A stretch of 64,000 bases of DNA from Candidatus Cloacimonadota bacterium (GCA_028695495.1 JAQVIX010000006.1:335-64334), one strand, 5' to 3'. Numbered from the stretch's first letter, positions 17,228 through 27,370 are shown. The notes: generated by a model from the sequence alone, not told the origin. Numbers and translations: made by a program.

Positions 17228-18046
17228 CTAAAAACCTCCTCTGGCTCCACCGCCGCCGGAGCGTCCGCCACCGGTGCCACCAAATCCACCAAAACCACCA
17301 CCACTACTTTTGCCACCGGAAGAGCCGCCTGAAGAGCCTCCGCCCGTCCAGGGGCCGCCGCCTGTCCAGGGACCGCCACCACTGAAGGGACCTCTTGGAC
17401 CGCCACCTCTACCACCAGTCCAGAAGAACCAACCCAAGAGATTTCCGCGCGTCCACAAAATGAATACTACCAGCAAAATGATGATAACTATCACCTTGGA
17501 TGGTATCCTACTGGAGCCTTGCCTTTGCGACCAATCTGATGTGCCGGTAAGCGTTACGCCTTTTTCGAGGGCAACCTTTTCCAGCAGATAAAGGGCTCCT
17601 TGGGTAAAAGCCATATCCCAATCTTCACTGCCTTTAGCCAGATAGCGCTTCATATCCTCGCGCAGCTGGCTGGCAAAGGCATCGGTAATATAGCCTTCAC
17701 AGCCATAGCCCACCTCAATCCCCAGGCGCCGCTCTTTCAAAGCGAGCCAGATCAGTACGCCTTCGTCTTGCTTGGAGCCTATCTTCCAGCTTTGGTATAT
17801 CCTATCCCCAAAGAGCAGGTCGTCTTCTCCCCCATTCTCTTTGAAGGTGGCGATCATAAAGTCAACATCCGTCTTTTCACGCAGTTCAATCGCCCAGTCG
17901 TTAATCCTGTTTCTGGCATCTTCGCTGAGGAGCTTGGCAAAGTCGTTCACAAAGCCTTCCGGCTCTGGTATCTGGAGCTCCTTTGCCATCAGCAGGCTGC
18001 CCAATATCAGCAGCAAAATGCAGAGATATAGCGATTTATACTTCAT
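17228..18046 (-). CDS. TPM-domain (YgcG-like) protein with TM helix and glycine-rich C-terminal tail
   Basis: 272 aa. Signal peptide. [36 protein letters not shown] is a typical TPM domain. TM segment [11 protein letters not shown]. Tail [31 protein letters not shown]... Confidence 0.8.
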   Translation of the reverse strand: MKYKSLYLCILLLILGSLLMAKELQIPEPEGFVNDFAKLLSEDARNRINDWAIELREKTDVDFMIATFKENGGEDDLLFGDRIYQSWKIGSKQDEGVLIWLALKERRLGIEVGYGCEGYITDAFASQLREDMKRYLAKGSEDWDMAFTQGALYLLEKVALEKGVTLTGTSDWSQRQGSSRIPSKVIVIIILLVVFILWTRGNLLGWFFWTGGRGGGPRGPFSGGGPWTGGGPWTGGGSSGGSSGGKSSGGGFGGFGGTGGGRSGGGGARGGF

Positions 18047-19268
18047 GAAGGATGTGTCCCATCTTCTCTTTCTTGGTTTTCAGATAGTGCTCGTTATCCT
18101 CTTTGGGATGTATCTCAATAGGCACCCGCTCCACTATTTCCAGCCCGTAACCGCTTAAGCCCACAATCTTTTGGGGGTTATTGGTAAGCAGCCGGATCTT
18201 GCGCAAGCCCAGGTCTTTTAATATCTGTGCGCCAATGCCGTAATCCCGCAGGTCTTCCGGAAAGCCGAGGGCGAGATTTGCCTGCACGGTATCGGCTCCG
18301 TTATCCTGCAAATGGTATGCCTTGATCTTATTCAAAAGCCCGATGCCGCGCCCTTCCTGCCGCATATAGAGGATTACGCCACGCCCAAGCTTTGAGATAA
18401 CTTCGTAGCTCTTGGCAAGCTGTTCGCCACAATCGCAACGCTGGCTAAAGAGTGCATCGCCGGTAAGGCATTCCGAATGTACGCGCACCAAAACGGGTTC
18501 AGCACCGGAGATATCGCCTTTGATAAGCGCAATATGATGCTCTCCAGATACATCGCTGGCAAAGGTGACAATCTCAAAAAGCCCGTATTTGGTAGGCAGA
18601 TGCGCCTGCGATACCCGGTGGATGAGCTTCTCTTTCTTGCGCCGGTAATGGATTAGCTTTTCGATGGTTGTTATTTTGAGCTTATGCTTTTGGGCAAAGG
18701 GGATAAGGTAGTCCAGCCGCGCCATTTCGCCATCCGGACGGATAATCTCGCAGATGGCGCCTACAGGGTTCAAGCCCGCCAGGAGCGCCAAATCCACTGC
18801 GGCCTCGGTATGCCCCGCACGTTTCAACACTCCCCCCCGCTCGGCGATAAGAGGAAAGATATGCCCCGGACGCATAAACATCCCAGCACTGCTATCCGGA
18901 TTTGCCAATGCTAAAAGGGTTTGCGCTCGCTCTTTGGCAGAGATGCCGGTGGTGGTGCCTTCGATGAGATCAACAGATACGGTAAACTTCGTGCCGTGCC
19001 GCTCGTTATTCTTCAGCGTCATTAGCGGAATCTCCAGCCGCTCTGCTACGCTTTCCGCCATGGGTGCGCAAAGCAAGCCTTTGCCTTCGCTTATCATGAA
19101 ATTAACCGCTGCGGGGGTGATGAGGTCTGCCGCCATGAGCAGGTCTCCTTCGTTTTCGCGGTTTTCATCGTCCACCACGATGAGCATCTCACCGCGGGCT
19201 ATGCCTTGCGCAGCCTCTTCAATGCTGCAAAAAACATCTTCATTATGTGTATTCTTTGTATCTACCAC
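18036..19268 (-). CDS. ribBA: Bifunctional 3,4-dihydroxy-2-butanone-4-phosphate synthase / GTP cyclohydrolase II
   Basis: 410 aa. DHBPS motif [13 protein letters not shown] zinc motif [23 protein letters not shown]. Confidence 0.92.
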   Translation of the reverse strand: MVDTKNTHNEDVFCSIEEAAQGIARGEMLIVVDDENRENEGDLLMAADLITPAAVNFMISEGKGLLCAPMAESVAERLEIPLMTLKNNERHGTKFTVSVDLIEGTTTGISAKERAQTLLALANPDSSAGMFMRPGHIFPLIAERGGVLKRAGHTEAAVDLALLAGLNPVGAICEIIRPDGEMARLDYLIPFAQKHKLKITTIEKLIHYRRKKEKLIHRVSQAHLPTKYGLFEIVTFASDVSGEHHIALIKGDISGAEPVLVRVHSECLTGDALFSQRCDCGEQLAKSYEVISKLGRGVILYMRQEGRGIGLLNKIKAYHLQDNGADTVQANLALGFPEDLRDYGIGAQILKDLGLRKIRLLTNNPQKIVGLSGYGLEIVERVPIEIHPKEDNEHYLKTKKEKMGHILHEV

Positions 19269-20296
19269 TGTTTGTTTTCCTCTAAGAGCAAGTTAATTGA
19301 GGGGCTATCTGTGTCAATAGCAAAATAGCGTTCCAGCCAATTTAGAGTATAGAGTATGTCCTCTGGCAGCGGCGCATATAGCTCCAGCTCTTTGCCAGTA
19401 ATGGGGTGAATAAACTTCAATTGCCAGGCATGCAGAGCTTGCCTAAGCAAATGCCCTGTAAGCAATTCCGTGGCTTTTCGCTTCATGTTTTGGGGCATCA
19501 ACGAATGCACATAGCGCCGGGTATTATAGAGCAAATCCCCCAAAATGGGCATATTAGCATGGGCAAATTGCACGCGGATTTGGTGCATTCTGCCCGTTTC
19601 CAGATTCACCTTTACCAGCGCAAAATAGTGGAAACATTTGATGCACTTGTAATGGCTAAGCGCCCTCTTGCCTTCGGAAGCCACACACATCTGGCGGGGG
19701 TTGCTCAGCGAGCGGGCAATACAGTTTTCCAGCCTGCCTTCCAGGGGGTCTGGGATGCCGGAACTAATCGCCAGATAGGTCTTTTGAATCTCACGGCGGG
19801 CAAAAAGATCGCCCAAAGCCGCCTGAGTGCGGTCATCTTTGGCAATGATAATAAGCCCGGAAGTGCCTCTATCCAGGCGATGTACGATGCCCGGACGGCT
19901 GGGATGCCTGCCCGTGGAAAGCTGCTCGGCAAAGCGGAAAAGAATGGCATTTACCAAAGTGCCATCTGGATTGCCATGCCCCGGATGCACGATCATCCCC
20001 GGTTCTTTGTTGATTACCGCCAAGTGTTCATCTTCATATATCACATCCAGGGGGATATTCTCGGGCTGCAGCTCAATCTCCGGCGCTTCCGGCAGCGAGA
20101 TCTGAATCTCGTCATTCTCCTGCAAGAGATAGCTTTTCTTTACAGGGATGCTATTTACCAGGATGGCGTCTTCGGCAATGAGGTTTTCGATAAAAGTGCG
20201 GGAGTGCAATTCCTGCAAACGCAGGTTTGCCAAGTGTTTATCCAGGCGCAATGGCTCAGGCTCGGTATATACGATATGTATCTTAGTTCTTTTCAC
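19262..20296 (-). CDS. rluD: RluA-family 23S rRNA pseudouridine synthase (RluD-like) with S4 domain
   Basis: 344 aa. [16 protein letters not shown] catalytic motif and [10 protein letters not shown]. Confidence 0.88.
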   Translation of the reverse strand: MKRTKIHIVYTEPEPLRLDKHLANLRLQELHSRTFIENLIAEDAILVNSIPVKKSYLLQENDEIQISLPEAPEIELQPENIPLDVIYEDEHLAVINKEPGMIVHPGHGNPDGTLVNAILFRFAEQLSTGRHPSRPGIVHRLDRGTSGLIIIAKDDRTQAALGDLFARREIQKTYLAISSGIPDPLEGRLENCIARSLSNPRQMCVASEGKRALSHYKCIKCFHYFALVKVNLETGRMHQIRVQFAHANMPILGDLLYNTRRYVHSLMPQNMKRKATELLTGHLLRQALHAWQLKFIHPITGKELELYAPLPEDILYTLNWLERYFAIDTDSPSINLLLEENKQW

Positions 20297-21020
20297 CGCT
20301 ATATTCCAGGGTGAATACCGCTCCCGAAGCGTTGCCTTTGGTATTGCGCACGATAGAGCCTTTGATCAAGACCTGCTGCTTGCCCTCTTCATCTACTAAT
20401 ACTTCGTCGTAGATATTATTCCCCAGGCGCAGGGCATCTTGCAGGGTATCAAAGATTTGCGTATTGTATTTATCCTTAAAAAAGAGTTCATTGAGGTTCA
20501 TGCCGTCATCAATGGCGGGATAGCGCAGGCGAAACTTATCATTAAGATACACCAAGTCCCCGCTAATACCGGCGATGATCACATCCATCGGCAAGAGGTC
20601 GATAAGCTGTCCGATGCGCTGATGATGCTCATAGATCTTCTCGCTTTTGGCGCTATCAAAGCGCCGCAGGATATCCAGCATCTTTTGCAGGGCGTAGATA
20701 AGCTCCGTAAAGTCCTCATCCTGCCCCAGGAGCGAGCTTTCGATATCCAGATGGTAATTGCCTTCCGAGATTTCTTCCACCAGCTCGCGTACACGGTCTA
20801 TGGAGCGTTTCAGCTTGAAGGGCAGATAGTTATAGATAATCACCAGATAGATAAATAAGGCAAAAAGAAAGATGAGCAGGATGGACTGGATATCCGATGC
20901 CATACGCATGATATCACGGGCGCCGGAGATGCTATAAAGCACTGCTACAAATTGCAATATGATAATCAGAAAGAGAATGGCGAGCATTGCATGATAGCGT
21001 TTCTTGAGAGAGTGTTTCAT
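20283..21020 (-). CDS. Membrane sensor protein with HAMP-like and PAS-like domains and no output domain
   Basis: 245 aa. Two TM helices, a HAMP-like SIDRVRELVEEISEGNYHLDIE, and a C-terminal PAS-like ~110 aa. Confidence 0.55.
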   Translation of the reverse strand: MKHSLKKRYHAMLAILFLIIILQFVAVLYSISGARDIMRMASDIQSILLIFLFALFIYLVIIYNYLPFKLKRSIDRVRELVEEISEGNYHLDIESSLLGQDEDFTELIYALQKMLDILRRFDSAKSEKIYEHHQRIGQLIDLLPMDVIIAGISGDLVYLNDKFRLRYPAIDDGMNLNELFFKDKYNTQIFDTLQDALRLGNNIYDEVLVDEEGKQQVLIKGSIVRNTKGNASGAVFTLEYSGEKN

Positions 21021-21029
21021 CTTAGGCTC

Positions 21030-21728
21030 CTACTTTTGGGTGAGTTCGTGGATCAATCTATCCACCTTGGCTTGGGGTCCCATCATAATCAGCACATCGC
21101 CTTCATTTACGATGTCGCTGGCGCCGGGCATATCGTTTACCTTCTTTTCCACCACGTTGCGCCCATCCTCGGTTACAGAAAAGCTATCGCTCTTAATGGC
21201 AATGATATTCACGCCCTTTTCCGAGGGCAACGCCAGCTCCTGCAATTCTTTACCGATATAAGAGCGCGGTGCCAGCATTTCCATCACCACGTGCCCGCTA
21301 CTAAGGCTGATGTATTCGCGCACGTTTTTGGAGATCAGAGTTTTAGCAAGCTGGGTGCCCACTATTTCTTCGGGCAAAAGGATGTGTTGCACGCCGATAA
21401 GCTCCAGGATGCGCCCATGCAGGCGGTTTTCCACCTTGGCGTAGATAATGCCCACGCCTATCTTGCGCAGGATGGCGGCAGTTAAGATGCTTTCCTGGAT
21501 GTTGCTGCCAATGGCGAGGATTACGGCATCTGCCTCGTTCAGATTTAGCAAGCGCAAAGCTGCTTCATCTGTGGCGTCCATGCAGATGGCAGAGCTTACC
21601 CGCGAGGAGATTTCATCTACCAGTTCCTGTTTCTTTTCGATGGCGATTACTTCCATACCACTATCGAAGAGGATGTTTGCCACCGTTGTGCCAAATCTGC
21701 CCAATCCTATTACCGCGTATCTTGCCAT
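21030..21728 (-). CDS. trkA: K+ transport NAD-binding regulatory subunit (TrkA/KtrA, RCK N+C domains)
   Basis: 232 aa. VIGLGRFGTTVA Rossmann motif and a TrkA-C-like C-terminus. Adjacent to trkH. Confidence 0.88.
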   Translation of the reverse strand: MARYAVIGLGRFGTTVANILFDSGMEVIAIEKKQELVDEISSRVSSAICMDATDEAALRLLNLNEADAVILAIGSNIQESILTAAILRKIGVGIIYAKVENRLHGRILELIGVQHILLPEEIVGTQLAKTLISKNVREYISLSSGHVVMEMLAPRSYIGKELQELALPSEKGVNIIAIKSDSFSVTEDGRNVVEKKVNDMPGASDIVNEGDVLIMMGPQAKVDRLIHELTQK

Positions 21729-21738
21729 AATTCTCTCC

Positions 21739-23523
21739 TTAGCCGATCATTACTTTTTCTTCGGCAAAACTAAGCCGGGGTTGCACTTTGCGCATGGATA
21801 GAGCATAGATCATAGTAAGAGGTCCAATGCGCCCGATATACATGAGTAAGATGATAATAAGCTTGCCCAGATTGCTGAGGTAAGGCGTAATGCCCATGCT
21901 CAGCCCGCAGGTGCTAAATGCGGATATCGCCTCAAACGCCACTGTGCTAAAGGTTTTTTGCTCGATTAGAAGCAGGAAAAAGGTGCTGATAAGCAGGATG
22001 AAGGTAATAAGGCTGAGCAGCGCCACCGCCTCCCGCAGATTGGACATCGGGATTTTGCGATTGAATACCGTAAGTTCCCGCCGTCCGCGAAGGATTGAGA
22101 TTACCGAGATTACGAGCAACGCCAAAGTAGTGGTTTTCATGCCCCCGCCGGTAGAACCGGGAGAAGCGCCTACAAACATCAAAGCCTGGCAAGTAAGCAC
22201 CGTAGCCGGGCTGATATGCTCGAAAGCGATGGTATCGAAGCCTGCCGTGCGGCTGGAGACGGATTGAAACCAGGAGCTAAAAAGCCGCTTATCCAAGTCA
22301 AAGCCCGCCATGGTATTATTATATTCCGCCCAAAAGAAACCCAGAAAACCCACTAAAAGCAAAGCCGCAGTGGTGCTAAGCACGATCTTGCTATGCAGTG
22401 ATAGCTGATGATTATTCCGGCTAAAAAAGCGGTGATAAAGATCGATAATTACAGCAAATCCCACTCCACCCAGAATGATGAGCAAGGTAATGACAATATT
22501 TAAAAGAGGCGCTTCCACATAGTGAGTAAGCGAATCCGTAAAGAGCGAAAAGCCGGCATTGCAAAAGGCAGATACCGAGTGAAAGATGGAGTGATAGATC
22601 GCCTGCGCCGGACTCATCTCCTGCGAGAAAACAAAGAAGAGCAGTGTAGCCCCCACCAGCTCGATGATGACGGTAACCAAAACCACGCTTTTAAGAAGCT
22701 GAAAGATATCCAGCCGCCGGTCTTTACCCATTACCGAATACATGATATTTTCCAGCTTGAGGGTAAGCCGTTGCCCCATAATGAGCGCAAAAGCGGTGGA
22801 GATGGTCATAATCCCCAGCCCGCCAATTTGGATGAGAAGCAACACCACAAGCTGCCCCATCAGTGTAAGCGTGGAACCGATATCAAATACCGATAGACCG
22901 GTTACGCAGGTGGCAGAAGTAGCAATAAACAGCGCATCTATGGGGGCGGTAACGCGATGCAACACCGATGCTGAAGGCAGCATCAAAAGCACTGTGCCTA
23001 CAAAGATTACCAAAGCGAAGCTCAGCATCAGGCTCACTGGCGGATTATCCGAAAGTAGCTTGAATAGCTTTCCTTCCATCGCCCGAAAGAGCAGATATTG
23101 CAAAAAGAAATAGGTTTGACGGATAAGTAGAAGAAAGATCAGGATTTTGGGCTGGAAAAAGAGCAAAATCACCCCTGGGATAAAGAGCACGAGGTCAAAC
23201 ATCACGCGTTTATTATCCCTTAGCGCTTTCCCGCCCAAAAGGCGCGCCAGAGTGCTAAGCCCCAAAAAGAGCAGATTGGCAATTGCCGTATAGATTTCCA
23301 CCTGTTGATAGGGTGCATAGTAGCTGATGATGGTCTCAAAAAAGAGCACCAAAAAGCTCCACAAGGCGATAAGATATGCCAGCCTTTCGATATTGCGCAG
23401 GTATCTGCCCGGTAGCGCTTTAGCCAAACTATATATCTCCCCAGTAATCTGCCATAATAACCGCGTGAATCTCCTGAATCGAGCCTTCGGCAGAGATATT
23501 TTGCAGATAGCCCATGCGTTCAA
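21739..23523 (-). CDS. trkH: TrkH/KtrB-family K+ transporter with long N-terminal extension (start uncertain)
   Basis: 594-aa ORF. The TrkH-like core starts near LSFALVIFVGTVLLMLP. About 150 extra N-terminal residues carry additional hydrophobic helices. The ORF start overlaps the adk 3' end by 95 nt. Confidence 0.8.
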   Translation of the reverse strand: MNAWAICKISLPKARFRRFTRLLWQITGEIYSLAKALPGRYLRNIERLAYLIALWSFLVLFFETIISYYAPYQQVEIYTAIANLLFLGLSTLARLLGGKALRDNKRVMFDLVLFIPGVILLFFQPKILIFLLLIRQTYFFLQYLLFRAMEGKLFKLLSDNPPVSLMLSFALVIFVGTVLLMLPSASVLHRVTAPIDALFIATSATCVTGLSVFDIGSTLTLMGQLVVLLLIQIGGLGIMTISTAFALIMGQRLTLKLENIMYSVMGKDRRLDIFQLLKSVVLVTVIIELVGATLLFFVFSQEMSPAQAIYHSIFHSVSAFCNAGFSLFTDSLTHYVEAPLLNIVITLLIILGGVGFAVIIDLYHRFFSRNNHQLSLHSKIVLSTTAALLLVGFLGFFWAEYNNTMAGFDLDKRLFSSWFQSVSSRTAGFDTIAFEHISPATVLTCQALMFVGASPGSTGGGMKTTTLALLVISVISILRGRRELTVFNRKIPMSNLREAVALLSLITFILLISTFFLLLIEQKTFSTVAFEAISAFSTCGLSMGITPYLSNLGKLIIILLMYIGRIGPLTMIYALSMRKVQPRLSFAEEKVMIG

Positions 23524-24085
23524 AATAGCTCTTTAGCATATATGTTTGCTCGTAAAAAGCGCGGATACGCTCGCGGGTAGCCTCTGGCGAATCATCTGCC
23601 CGCGTAATTAAGAGATGCCCGCATTCATCGCAGATACCGGCTTGCTGGGGAGGGTGAAAGACCAGATGATAGTTTACCCCGCAACCGCTACAGATGCGGC
23701 GCCCCTCAATGCGTGCAATGGCGTCATGCTCATTTAGCTCCAGATAGTAAACCTTGAGCAAACGGAAATGCTGGATTAGGTATTCCGCCTGATTCAGGGT
23801 GCGCGGAAAGCCATCGAAGATCACTCCGGCATATTCCTGCCGGAAGGTTTCGGCGATAAACTCAAATGCCAGCTCGTCGGACACCATTTCCCCTTTATCG
23901 ATTACGCTCTTTACCCTTAGCCCCAGGGGGTTATTAACGGCAGATTTGGCGCGCAAAAGCTCGCCCATATTCAAATGATAAAAGCCAATACGCTCTGCTA
24001 AAAGCTTGGCTTGAGTGCCTTTGCCGCTGCCCTGAATACCCAAAATAACAATGGCATCTATCATAATTACCTCTTTTTTGCTCAA
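23429..24085 (-). CDS. adk: Adenylate kinase (long form with Cys4 zinc lid)
   Basis: 218 aa. P-loop GIQGSGKGTQ. Lid CSGCG...CDECG. Confidence 0.92.
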   Translation of the reverse strand: MSKKEVIMIDAIVILGIQGSGKGTQAKLLAERIGFYHLNMGELLRAKSAVNNPLGLRVKSVIDKGEMVSDELAFEFIAETFRQEYAGVIFDGFPRTLNQAEYLIQHFRLLKVYYLELNEHDAIARIEGRRICSGCGVNYHLVFHPPQQAGICDECGHLLITRADDSPEATRERIRAFYEQTYMLKSYFERMGYLQNISAEGSIQEIHAVIMADYWGDI

Positions 24086-24103
24086 GCTTGATGAAAAGCT
24101 TTC

Positions 24104-24499
24104 TTATGTCAAGCCGTTTTTCGCACCCTGCTCCAGAATTACAAAAGCAGTGGCATATTCACGCTCGTGGCTTAGTGAAAGATGCCAGATTCCCGCCCCC
24201 AAAGCCTGCGCCAGTTTGAGCGCCACTCCGCTTAGCTCCAGAGATGGCTTGCCGTTTGTATCCACCGTCACCTGAATCTCCTGCCAGGAAATGTTTTCTG
24301 CCCAACCCGTGCCCAAGGCCTTCATCAGCGCTTCTTTGGCGGCAAAACGCGCGGCAAAGCTCTCGGCTTTGTTTGCCCTTTTCTCGCAATAGGCGATCTC
24401 GCTTTCGGAAAATACTTTGCGGATAAAAGCGGGGTTCTTTTCCAGTATCCGCCGTATCCTTGCGATGGCTACGATATCCGTGCCGATACCTACTATCAT
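24104..24499 (-). CDS. acpS: Holo-[acyl-carrier-protein] synthase
   Basis: Internal start MIVGIGTDIVAIARI (131 aa). The upstream 80 aa of the 211-aa ORF overlap ogt and look non-coding. ATGA overlap with the ogt stop. Confidence 0.88.
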   Translation of the reverse strand: MIVGIGTDIVAIARIRRILEKNPAFIRKVFSESEIAYCEKRANKAESFAARFAAKEALMKALGTGWAENISWQEIQVTVDTNGKPSLELSGVALKLAQALGAGIWHLSLSHEREYATAFVILEQGAKNGLT

Positions 24500-25011
24500 G
24501 AGCGCTTTAGCACCTCTTGCTCGTGCGCCAATAGCATGCTTTTGATGGGCAATCCGCCTCCAAAACCGGTAAGCTTGCCGGTGGAACCCACAATGCGGTG
24601 GCAGGGGATGATGATGGGAATGGGGTTTGCCCCCAAGGCAGCACCCACTGCGCGGGCAGCTTTGGGACGCCCAATCCGCCGTGCTAATTCTCCATACGAG
24701 ATGGTTTCGCCATAAGGTATCTTCAGCGTTTCCTCCCACACCATCAGCTGGAAGGGCGTTCCGGTGGCGAAAAAGGGCAGGTCAAATTCGCGGATTTCAC
24801 CCTCAAACCAGGCTTCCATCTGGCGCATTATACCCCGCGAGAGCGCGCCTTCCACCACGGTATTTAAGGCTTTATCACAAAAGTTGATGGCGATAATGGT
24901 ATCGTCTTCAATCTCAAATTCCAAGCAAATCTTGGCATGATCGAAGTATAATATTTGCAAGATCTTCTCCCCATATTCAAAAAGTGAAAGCCCCTCAGGC
25001 TGAGCTTGCAT
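24496..25011 (-). CDS. ogt: Methylated-DNA--protein-cysteine methyltransferase
   Basis: Active-site IIIPCHRIVGSTG. Start taken at the internal Met (MQAQPEGL...), because the longer ORF runs into rplS. Confidence 0.88.
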   Translation of the reverse strand: MQAQPEGLSLFEYGEKILQILYFDHAKICLEFEIEDDTIIAINFCDKALNTVVEGALSRGIMRQMEAWFEGEIREFDLPFFATGTPFQLMVWEETLKIPYGETISYGELARRIGRPKAARAVGAALGANPIPIIIPCHRIVGSTGKLTGFGGGLPIKSMLLAHEQEVLKRS

Positions 25012-25048
25012 TCCGAGGGGCTTAAGGTGTTTTGTTTCTTTACGGTAT

Positions 25049-25402
25049 TTACACTGTAAATCTTCTACGTTCCTTGATTCTTCCGGCTTTACCTTTGGCA
25101 CTGCGCAGATAGAAAAGCTTCGCTCTACGAACCTGACCATGGCGAACGATTTCGAGTTTATCGATATTCGGGGAGTTTTGAGGGAAAATCCTCTCTACTC
25201 CTACGCCGCTGGAAACTTTACGAACTGTGAAGGATTTGGAAATGCCTGCACCCTTCTTCTGGATTACAATCCCCTGGAAGATCTGGATGCGCTCTTTGCT
25301 ACCTTCTTTTATTTTATAATGGACTTTTACGGTATCACCTACCCGGTAATCCGGAAAGTCAGTTCTGATTTGGTCTCTGCCAATTACTTGCAGAATATCC
25401 AT
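25049..25402 (-). CDS. rplS: 50S ribosomal protein L19
   Basis: [47 protein letters not shown]... is canonical L19. GGGAGGA lies 7 nt upstream of this ATG. Confidence 0.93.
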   Translation of the reverse strand: MDILQVIGRDQIRTDFPDYRVGDTVKVHYKIKEGSKERIQIFQGIVIQKKGAGISKSFTVRKVSSGVGVERIFPQNSPNIDKLEIVRHGQVRRAKLFYLRSAKGKAGRIKERRRFTV

Positions 25403-25624
25403 TTGGGTTCCTCCCATATATATACTCGGAGCAGCCATTACCGCGGCGCCAGATACAGCGGGCAGCGCAAAACTGAAAGAGCTCATACACACAGTTTTGC
25501 CTTGGCACTTACCCAGAATGCCATTAAGTGGGGGCATCCCGGTTCCCGTTCTATCCAGCAGCCATTATGCAGTTAAATGGCTTTCCTGATTGGTTTTCAA
25601 ACCAGTGTTACTATCATAAAAAAC
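25403..25624 (-). promoter_or_regulatory. Long structured leader between trmD and rplS (candidate r-protein autoregulatory leader)
   Basis: 222-nt gap inside an otherwise overlapping operon. Contains a 9-bp hairpin GCAAAACTG/CAGTTTTGC (25467-25500) and GCCATT/AATGGC. Confidence 0.3.
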
Positions 25625-26293
25625 TCAAAGCAACTCCGGCCGGCGCGCTTTGCTAAGCTGCCGTGCCTGCTCGCCTGCCCATGCCTCTACAAGGGCATGA
25701 TTGCCGCTGAGCAATACTTCAGGCACCTTCTGCCCCAAATACTCCGGCGGGCGGGTATAGCAGGGGAAGCCCAAAGCTTCGTGATAAAAAGAATCGCTGG
25801 TAGCGCTGGCGGGGTCTCCCAAAACTCCGGGAAGCAGCCGTGCCAGTCCATCGATAAAGACCTGCGCAGCCAGCTCTCCCCCGCTAAAAACGTAATCTCC
25901 CAAAGAAATCTCGTCGCTCACCGCCAGCCGGCGAAAGCGCTGGTCTATCTCTTTGTAATGACCGCATACCAGGATGAGCCGCTCTTCAGAAGCATAATGC
26001 TTTAATATGCTTTGCTTTAGCTGCCGTCCTTGCGGGCTAAAATAGATTACTGGCGCGGGTGAATCTCCCAAAACGCTTTCCAAAGCGCTCCACAAAGGCT
26101 GGATGCTGCCCACCATGCCGGCAAAACCGCCATAAGGGTAATCATCCACCTGATGGTGCTTATTATCCGCATGGGGGCGAATATCTTCCAGATTTACTTT
26201 GAGCGCCTCTTTGGCAATGGCTCGCGCCACGATGCTGGCTTGAAGAAAACTCTCAAAACTTTCCGGAAAGAGGCTCAAGACCTCTATCGTCAT
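25625..26293 (-). CDS. trmD: tRNA (guanine37-N1)-methyltransferase
   Basis: 222 aa. SPOUT/TrmD motifs GGELAAQVFIDGLARLLPGVLG. Conserved rimM-trmD-rplS context. Confidence 0.92.
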   Translation of the reverse strand: MTIEVLSLFPESFESFLQASIVARAIAKEALKVNLEDIRPHADNKHHQVDDYPYGGFAGMVGSIQPLWSALESVLGDSPAPVIYFSPQGRQLKQSILKHYASEERLILVCGHYKEIDQRFRRLAVSDEISLGDYVFSGGELAAQVFIDGLARLLPGVLGDPASATSDSFYHEALGFPCYTRPPEYLGQKVPEVLLSGNHALVEAWAGEQARQLSKARRPELL

Positions 26294-26889
26294 GCTTCCC
26301 TATACTCCAGGGCGCCAGCTTTTATATAAAAGCCGCTTACCGCCAAAAGCTCATCCAGATTCTCAAATACCAGGGCATCCAGAACTTCGCCATATTCCGG
26401 TAGAAAATGCTCCACCGCGGGAACCATAAAGTCCTCGTCAAACGCTGTGGCGATTACCAATACATCCTGCGCACCGTTGTAAAATATATCCACCACGTTG
26501 CCCAAAAGCACGCCTTGGTAAACGGCATCGCGCCCCAGTACATCCAGGCTCTCATCCGCTTCCAGATCGCTATCTTCCAGCGCCAAAATCACTTCCTTGT
26601 GCTTCTTGCGCTCTTCAGCCACGCCATCTTCGCGAAACTTCAGCCAAATCTTCTTATCACACGTTTTCCTATCGCAGATAGTAACGTAAAACACTCTATC
26701 GCTGTTAAAGATCAAGTAAAGGTCGTCCGTGAGGTCAAACTCATCTCTAAAAGATGGCTTGACCATCACATGGTGCCAACCTTCTTCGTCCGTACCGCCC
26801 AATCTTCCAATGCCAATGAGGTGAGGGGCAGCAGATTTACTCAATGATTTCCAGTTCGGCTCTCTTGCCCTGTTTGGTGGAAACTGCAC
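26290..26889 (-). CDS. rimM: 16S rRNA processing protein RimM (start uncertain)
   Basis: 199-aa ORF. LIGIGRLGG...GWHHVMVKP is a RimM N-domain-like segment, followed by a PRC-barrel-like C-terminus. Operon context. Confidence 0.8.
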   Translation of the reverse strand: MQFPPNRAREPNWKSLSKSAAPHLIGIGRLGGTDEEGWHHVMVKPSFRDEFDLTDDLYLIFNSDRVFYVTICDRKTCDKKIWLKFREDGVAEERKKHKEVILALEDSDLEADESLDVLGRDAVYQGVLLGNVVDIFYNGAQDVLVIATAFDEDFMVPAVEHFLPEYGEVLDALVFENLDELLAVSGFYIKAGALEYREA

Positions 26890-27088
26890 TGATAATAGTG
26901 CGGATGGAATTTGCAGTGCGACCGCGCTTTCCTATTACCTTGCCAATATCAGCCTGTGCCACCCGAAGCTCGTATATAGTTACTTTATCACCATTGATCT
27001 CGGTGATGGCTACTTCGCTGGGATCGTCCACCAGTGCCTTTACGATAAATTCAATGAGATCTTTCATACTTTCCTCAGATTCTCCCAA
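26837..27088 (-). CDS. KH-domain RNA-binding protein (YlqC/UPF0109 family)
   Basis: 83 aa. GKVIGKRGRTANSIRTI GXXG motif. Located between rpsP and rimM, as in many bacteria. Confidence 0.88.
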   Translation of the reverse strand: MGESEESMKDLIEFIVKALVDDPSEVAITEINGDKVTIYELRVAQADIGKVIGKRGRTANSIRTIISAVSTKQGKRAELEIIE

Positions 27089-27094
27089 ATAGTG

Positions 27095-27370
27095 TTAATC
27101 CGCCTTAGCGATTTTGCGCTCGTGCCAGATTTGTAAAACTCCGGCTTTACGCAAGAGCGAACGCACGGTTTCGGTGGGCTGTGCACCCACAGAAAGCCAA
27201 TGGATAGCCCGCTCGGTTTCTATATTGATCTTGGATGGATTTGGTTTTGGATCGTACCAACCTACGCATTCGATGTATTTCCCGCCCTGTTTCACGCGGG
27301 AATCTACAGCAACAATGCGATAGAAAGGTTGGTCGTTTGCTCCCATCCTTCTCAGTCTTAGCTTGACCAT
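27095..27370 (-). CDS. rpsP: 30S ribosomal protein S16
   Basis: MVKLRLRRMGANDQPFYRIVAVDSR... is canonical S16. Confidence 0.93.
   Translation of the reverse strand: MVKLRLRRMGANDQPFYRIVAVDSRVKQGGKYIECVGWYDPKPNPSKINIETERAIHWLSVGAQPTETVRSLLRKAGVLQIWHERKIAKAD

Noticed and set aside
16648-17415. 255-aa version of the membrane-protein ORF and the Pro-rich 105-aa ORF at 17274-17591
   Set aside because: The first 63 codons (Ala/Val/Pro-rich) and the Pro-rich ORF on the opposite strand are alternative-frame readings of the GGN-rich DNA encoding the TPM protein's glycine tail. The internal ATG at 17226 sits 1 nt after the TPM stop.
18036-19300. Expected cis-regulatory RNAs (FMN riboswitch before ribBA, T-box before argS, purine or other riboswitches before purF/nadB)
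   Set aside because: These genes overlap or abut their upstream neighbours, leaving no leader sequence. No riboswitch-like conserved cores were seen.
24104-25537. N-terminally extended ORF versions of acpS (211 aa), ogt (214 aa) and rplS (162 aa)
   Set aside because: The extensions overlap the upstream genes or the structured leader and are absent from the canonical protein families. Internal Met starts give normal-length proteins, and rplS has GGGAGGA upstream of its internal ATG.
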